A DNA stretch of 64,000 nucleotides from Candidatus Thorarchaeota archaeon (GTDB taxonomy: Archaea > Asgardarchaeota > Thorarchaeia > Thorarchaeales > Thorarchaeaceae): positions 32,001 to 96,000 of the forward strand of contig JAFGAR010000028.1 in the NCBI GenBank assembly GCA_016933575.1, in the 5' to 3' direction. Positions 59,224-64,000 of this stretch are shown piece by piece; positions within the stretch are counted from its first letter, which is position 1; every line of letters begins with the position of its first letter. The notes below the pieces were generated by a model. That model was not told where the DNA came from. It saw only the letters and a program-made list of their open reading frames with translations, and searched no databases. The position numbers and the translations under genes were made by a program.

Positions 59224-60081
59224 ATGAATTTTAACTTGGCTGTGATTAAAATTGGTTGCATTGCATCATCACCCCTTCTAGAGTTGATTTTCGATGAACG
59301 AGCAGAACGCTCAGATTTTCACGTGAGGGTCTTCTCGAGTGGTGCAAAGATGGATCCAGAATCATGCATCAAAGCCACTGAGGTATGGGGAGAATTCAAA
59401 CCAGATCTGGCAATTATTGTAAGCCCAAATGCCAGTCTAAGCGGACCTTCAGAAACACGAGTGAAACTCTGTGATATAGGAATTCCAGTGATATCGATAT
59501 CAGATGCGCCATCAAAAAAGGCTTGGCAAACGAAAGATGAATCAGGAAAGCAAGTCACTCAGGTGAATAAGAATGAGGGTTTCATCATTGTCCCATCTGA
59601 TTCGATGATTGGAGCGAGAGCTGAGTTTCTAGACCCAACTGAGATGGCTCTCTTCAATGCGGATGCTATCAAAGTCCTGTCTGTGTGTGGTATCATTCGA
59701 GCACTTCAAGAAATCATAGGCGATGTCATTGATGATATAGAAAAAGGAAATGATCAAAGGTTGCCAACTATTACACTTACCTCAGAATTGGCAGTGCAAT
59801 ATGCAAAGTTCAATAACCCGTATGCTAAAGCAAAGGCATTTGCAGCATTAACGATAGCTGAATCAGTAGCTTCAATCACCGCGAAAGCATGTTTTAAGAC
59901 TGAGAAGTCAGATGATTATATTCCAATGGTTGCAGCAGGTCATGAGATGATGAGGTCTGCAGCTAAATTGGCTGACGAGGCTAGAGAAATTGAGAAGTCT
60001 CAAGACACAGTCTATCGTACGCCTCATAGTTCGGATGGTAGGATAAAGGGCAAAGAGAGGTTGTTAGAAAAACCAAAGTAA
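59224..60081 (+). CDS. mtd: F420-dependent methylene-tetrahydromethanopterin dehydrogenase
   Basis: KIGCIA, DERAER, SGAKM, SPN, DSMIGARAEFLDPTEMA.FN.D, F.NPYAKAKA, RTPH. Confidence 0.95.
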   Translation: MNFNLAVIKIGCIASSPLLELIFDERAERSDFHVRVFSSGAKMDPESCIKATEVWGEFKPDLAIIVSPNASLSGPSETRVKLCDIGIPVISISDAPSKKAWQTKDESGKQVTQVNKNEGFIIVPSDSMIGARAEFLDPTEMALFNADAIKVLSVCGIIRALQEIIGDVIDDIEKGNDQRLPTITLTSELAVQYAKFNNPYAKAKAFAALTIAESVASITAKACFKTEKSDDYIPMVAAGHEMMRSAAKLADEAREIEKSQDTVYRTPHSSDGRIKGKERLLEKPK

Positions 60082-60087
60082 TATCTA

Positions 60088-61692
60088 CTATGCTTTCTTG
60101 CTATTTCCTTTCTTTATTGTTTTTTGAACAACTTTTCTTGCATCCTTCAGTATCTTCTCAGCTCGAGCAATTGTCAATCCATCAATCTTCTGAGCTAGAC
60201 GTTGTGCAGTTTCACCTGCAAGCTGAGCGGCAGAATCATAACCTGCCGAATGCAATTTCTTCTCTAGAGCTTCGCCGATACCAGGCACACTTCTAAGTGG
60301 CAGTGAATCCTTCAGTTCAACACCAAGTATCTCACTCATGTCACTGTCACTAATCTCAGAACCAGCATCAATGATATCCAATTGACTCTTTATCGATGCA
60401 AAATCATCAGCACCAACAAAGGCATCAACAGTCTTCTTGACCTGACGTTCATCAAAATCAAGTGCAAGCTCTTCTATTTCGATTTCCCTTCCAAGAATAG
60501 TTGGAAGTGGTCCAATGAGATAGAGAGCAATCAGCGAAAATAGAATAGCGAATTGACCACCAACTGCATAGACAACTGAAGGAATATGAAATTGAATTCC
60601 AAACACTAATGAATTGAGATCAACAGCCCAATAGAGAGCCATAAAGCCTAGAAAGAAGAACCAGACTAAAGATAGACGTAGACCTTTGGATTTCACTGAC
60701 CCCAGTTCAGGCCAAATCAACAGGAGATATAGACCAAGAAGATAACCCTCGATAAAACGCTCCGAACCTAATAAGCTAATCAACAGAATTGTTAGGTCTG
60801 GATCTAGAAAGTATGCATTGTACAAAGCTGATCCGAAAATGGTCAAGAGACCCATTAGTAGAAGACTGAAACTGAATGCTGGCTTTCGACCTCGTATGTC
60901 AGAGATAAAACCAGCACAGAGAATTCCAATAATTAGAAGTGCATACTCCAAGTATTGTAGATTCACCAACTGGGGTAGAGAAACATACGATGGATCTCCA
61001 AAGAAACCTTGTTGAATTGCAAGTTTTGTAACCATGTACCATAGTAGATAGGAGGCCATGATGAGTACTGTAGGTATAAAGTAGCGAATAACAGTACCAG
61101 ATGCAGCGAGTGAAACACGAGGTTGTTTCCAAGGCCTTAGACCTACTGTTATGAAGACACTAATCATAGCTATGAGTGCAGGTACTATTAGAATTGATGA
61201 GTTGATAGTCAGATTGATCTGAGGTAGTATGGCATATACAGCTGACAAAATCACAGCTAAAGCAAGGAAAAGAGCTGTGCTACGACCTCTATATCTTACA
61301 ATAATGCTCTGGTTAACACGGATAGTCCAAAAGACCAATAGTGATGATAGACATGCAAATGAAGCGATGACTAGCACAAAATCAATACTCTCTACCATAT
61401 CCAATGAGAGCGTTGTTAATTTCGTTAATCCTAAAGATGCCGGGATAATCGATACGAGTATTATTAGTGGATCAAGTCGTTTGACTCGATCTGCGACAAT
61501 ACCTGATAATGGAAGGGTGAATACTCCAGCTAATGCTCCATAGCCAAGCAATCCATGATGCTCAAGCAGAGTGAGCTCAAATAAAGTACCAGAGATTAGA
61601 TTCGTGATGATGAATATGCAAAATGCAAAGGGGGCTGCAAAGAGTAGAAAGATGATAGTAGTCTTTATTGGAAATTCTCGATATTGAAGCAT
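60088..61692 (-). CDS. MFS-like multi-pass membrane protein with a C-terminal helix-hairpin-helix domain
   Basis: About 12 TM; GIVADR and GFISDIRGRK; C-terminal VPGIG.ALEKKL..AG...IDGL...RA. Confidence 0.75.
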   Translation of the reverse strand: MLQYREFPIKTTIIFLLFAAPFAFCIFIITNLISGTLFELTLLEHHGLLGYGALAGVFTLPLSGIVADRVKRLDPLIILVSIIPASLGLTKLTTLSLDMVESIDFVLVIASFACLSSLLVFWTIRVNQSIIVRYRGRSTALFLALAVILSAVYAILPQINLTINSSILIVPALIAMISVFITVGLRPWKQPRVSLAASGTVIRYFIPTVLIMASYLLWYMVTKLAIQQGFFGDPSYVSLPQLVNLQYLEYALLIIGILCAGFISDIRGRKPAFSFSLLLMGLLTIFGSALYNAYFLDPDLTILLISLLGSERFIEGYLLGLYLLLIWPELGSVKSKGLRLSLVWFFFLGFMALYWAVDLNSLVFGIQFHIPSVVYAVGGQFAILFSLIALYLIGPLPTILGREIEIEELALDFDERQVKKTVDAFVGADDFASIKSQLDIIDAGSEISDSDMSEILGVELKDSLPLRSVPGIGEALEKKLHSAGYDSAAQLAGETAQRLAQKIDGLTIARAEKILKDARKVVQKTIKKGNSKKA

Positions 61693-61836
61693 AGTACTCT
61701 CTCCTAAGCCTAATTCATGCTGAAAATAATGGAATATGGATGTTTCGCATTCAAATCCTTTTCTGGAAAATATTGTGTTTACATGCGATAGCTTAAAGAC
61801 CTCTCAGATTTGGGAGAGAATAAGGAGTGAATAGAA

Positions 61837-62739
61837 TTGGTTGGTAAACTCGGCGTTAATGAATTCATGGTTCTAACATCAGGGGGTACACCAATCTTTC
61901 ATTTCTCACGAACAAAGACAAGAAAATTGGATGATCTACTTTCTGGATTCCTGAGCGCAATAACTAGTTTTGCCACTGAATTAGGAGAGCGGTCGATTCA
62001 GAGTCTTTCTTTTGAAGGATCAGAACTCCTCTATGAACAATATGAGAGTGATTGTCTCTTCATATTTCTTGTAGAAACTAATTCTTCTGAGAAGGTTCTT
62101 CGAGCTGTCCTTCGTGAATTAAGTAGGAAATTCATGGCACGTTATGAAAATGAACTAAAAATGGAAATACCAATACTTGACGTCTTCATGGATTTTGAAC
62201 ATGAGGTCAAAGGCGTATTCACATACTACGAGGGAATCTTACTGGTAATGTCTAGCCTCAGTGCGTTCGTTGTCCCAAAATTAAAGACAACCTCAATGAA
62301 CATAGCAATCAGATCAGGGAATTTCCTAGACGAGTTCCATAGAGATTTTGGAGGTTCTGGCAATAGAGCACTTTCAGCAATCGATGGTAAGACATCTCTA
62401 TATGACATGAGTAGAAACCTTGGTCTAGCTCCTGAAGAGATATCCGATGTCATCGAATATCTCGCAATCAGAGGATTGTTATCAATTTCCAAAATATGTC
62501 CAATGATTCGAACAAATGATGCGCGTTTCGATGCATACCTAGATCTTGTGGGACTTCCAAATAAGGACTATCAATTACTCGATAGAGCAAAGAACCTGTG
62601 CAACGGAAACAGAGCCCTTGTGGATATTAGCGAGAGATTGGGAGTTGTGCCAGAGCGGCTTTACGAAGTTCTAGAGAAACTTGGTGAAGAAGTTGAATGG
62701 CGTTTGGTAGATGTTACAGGACTCGTCGAAGATTCATAA
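61837..62739 (+). CDS. Longin-domain protein with two C-terminal winged helices
   Basis: FMVL..GG.PIF...LLSGFLSAITSFA.E longin pattern; IDG..SL.D and CNG...L.DIS wHTH repeats. Confidence 0.8.
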   Translation: MVGKLGVNEFMVLTSGGTPIFHFSRTKTRKLDDLLSGFLSAITSFATELGERSIQSLSFEGSELLYEQYESDCLFIFLVETNSSEKVLRAVLRELSRKFMARYENELKMEIPILDVFMDFEHEVKGVFTYYEGILLVMSSLSAFVVPKLKTTSMNIAIRSGNFLDEFHRDFGGSGNRALSAIDGKTSLYDMSRNLGLAPEEISDVIEYLAIRGLLSISKICPMIRTNDARFDAYLDLVGLPNKDYQLLDRAKNLCNGNRALVDISERLGVVPERLYEVLEKLGEEVEWRLVDVTGLVEDS

Positions 62740-62813
62740 CTAACTCTAAATCTCTAGAAGGAATTAAGTGCATATTTGCAATGAAATACTTGTTGTGATT
62801 AGGAGACCACTCA

Positions 62814-64000
62814 ATGGTCAAAGAGATCATCGTACTTAGAGAAACAGGGATCCTTCTGTACCACTATAGTGTTAGTGGAACAAGGAAACTTGATGAACTG
62901 GTCGCTGCATTTCTTTCTGCTGTTGGTTCTTTTGCTAAAGAAGTAAGTCAAGATAAAATCACAGTGATGTCGTTTGCAACAAATAAACTGGTGTGGGAAA
63001 AGAAAGGCGATCTATTCTTTATCGCGCTTGTTGCTGAAGAAGATAGCGGAGAGATTCACAGAGTAATACTCCAAGATCTTGCAGAGCAATTTGTAAGTAT
63101 GTTCTATTCTGATCTCATGAAAGAATTGCCAGATTCAAAGAGCTTCAGACCTTTTACCGACATAGTTGAAAAAACACTTCACAAATTTAATGGGATTCCG
63201 GGACTTGCACGAAAATACAAAACAATCCTTTTGCCATCTGAGGATTTGAATCGTCTAAAGAAATCGATGGCTGAGGTTGAAGTGAATCGTGATATACTAC
63301 GAGGAGCTTTAGTCACTCACGATGGATATGTAGCTGTATCAAATCTCAGAGCTTATGAATTGGAAGCTGTATTGGATTTCATATCGTCATTTGACAAAAA
63401 CATAGAGATACACGAACACTCAAGTCTAGAAAAAGCTACAGCCTTTCTCTTGGTCAATCTGAAGAAGAAAGGGGTATGTGCATTTGTTATTAACTTAGGT
63501 ATGTCAGAAAAGACATACATAGAATTGGTAAATCCGTTCCTTGCTCTAGCTCAACTCACTAGCTTTGAAGAGGCTAAAAAATTTGAACCAGACAAAGCAG
63601 AGGGTCCAATTTCATTCTATGATTTTGATGGAATTGAACCTATTGTTGCATTGGAGAAAATACAGAGTGAAATTAGTATCATGCTTTCCAGAGCTCCAGA
63701 GAGCGTTCATTCTGGTGCACTCAAACTCCTTGAGAAACTAGAGAAAATGGCCACTGTTGCAGAATTGCATGAAATAATGGGCTTACCAAGAGAGCAAGGA
63801 GATGAATTATTAGCCCAATTGATTGCTAAGAGCATGATCCGTATCATACGGCTCTTCCCTGTTTTGGAAGACCGTGATGAACGGTTTGCGGCGTACCTTG
63901 AAGTCATAGGAATTAAAAAAAGGGACTTTGATATTGTCAATACAATCTGGAAATATTGTAATGGAAGTTATTCTATAAGAGAAATTTCAGAAAGAACGAA
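62814..64000 (+). CDS. Partial longin / roadblock-like / winged-helix protein (paralog of the upstream gene)
   Basis: Manual translation MVKEIIVLRETGILLYHY...LVAAFLSAVGSFAKEV...DERFAAYLEVIG...YCNGSYSIREISER, open to the window end; AGGAG RBS; not in ORF track. Confidence 0.85.
   Translation, partial: MVKEIIVLRETGILLYHYSVSGTRKLDELVAAFLSAVGSFAKEVSQDKITVMSFATNKLVWEKKGDLFFIALVAEEDSGEIHRVILQDLAEQFVSMFYSDLMKELPDSKSFRPFTDIVEKTLHKFNGIPGLARKYKTILLPSEDLNRLKKSMAEVEVNRDILRGALVTHDGYVAVSNLRAYELEAVLDFISSFDKNIEIHEHSSLEKATAFLLVNLKKKGVCAFVINLGMSEKTYIELVNPFLALAQLTSFEEAKKFEPDKAEGPISFYDFDGIEPIVALEKIQSEISIMLSRAPESVHSGALKLLEKLEKMATVAELHEIMGLPREQGDELLAQLIAKSMIRIIRLFPVLEDRDERFAAYLEVIGIKKRDFDIVNTIWKYCNGSYSIREISERT

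Overview
Archaeal genomic DNA, almost certainly from an Asgard archaeon and probably Thorarchaeia (inference from longin-domain proteins, Thr-linker surface proteins, Mtd, Hdr/Mvh and a eukaryote-type SECIS). The conserved core is a ~10 kb minus-strand operon: hdrA(GltD insert)-hdrC-hdrB-hdrA-hdrA-mvhD-wHTH-mvhG-mvhA. MvhA lacks its C-terminal Ni-binding motif. That motif is supplied by a 50-codon selenoprotein gene missing from the ORF track (vhuU, 9954-10106, in-frame UGA), followed by a eukaryote-like SECIS whose AUGA core contains the gene's own stop codon. Downstream (3.4-9.9 kb) is an accessory stretch of toxin-antitoxin modules, an SSB, and membrane/surface genes, separated by six copies of a ~25-45 bp repeat in a cassette-like layout. 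Other highlights: four tandem membrane-anchored proteins resembling the beta-COP/adaptin appendage with a C-terminal Zn ribbon (27.7-33.3 kb); a tandem pair of longin-winged-helix proteins reminiscent of NPRL2/NPRL3 (61.8-64 kb); a candidate single-domain gelsolin next to a PHD/RING-like protein; a stand-alone NurA-HerA pair; and two apparent pseudoenzymes. No rRNA, tRNA, CRISPR array, integrase or transposase was recognised. All homology calls are by eye from remembered motifs; no searches were run.
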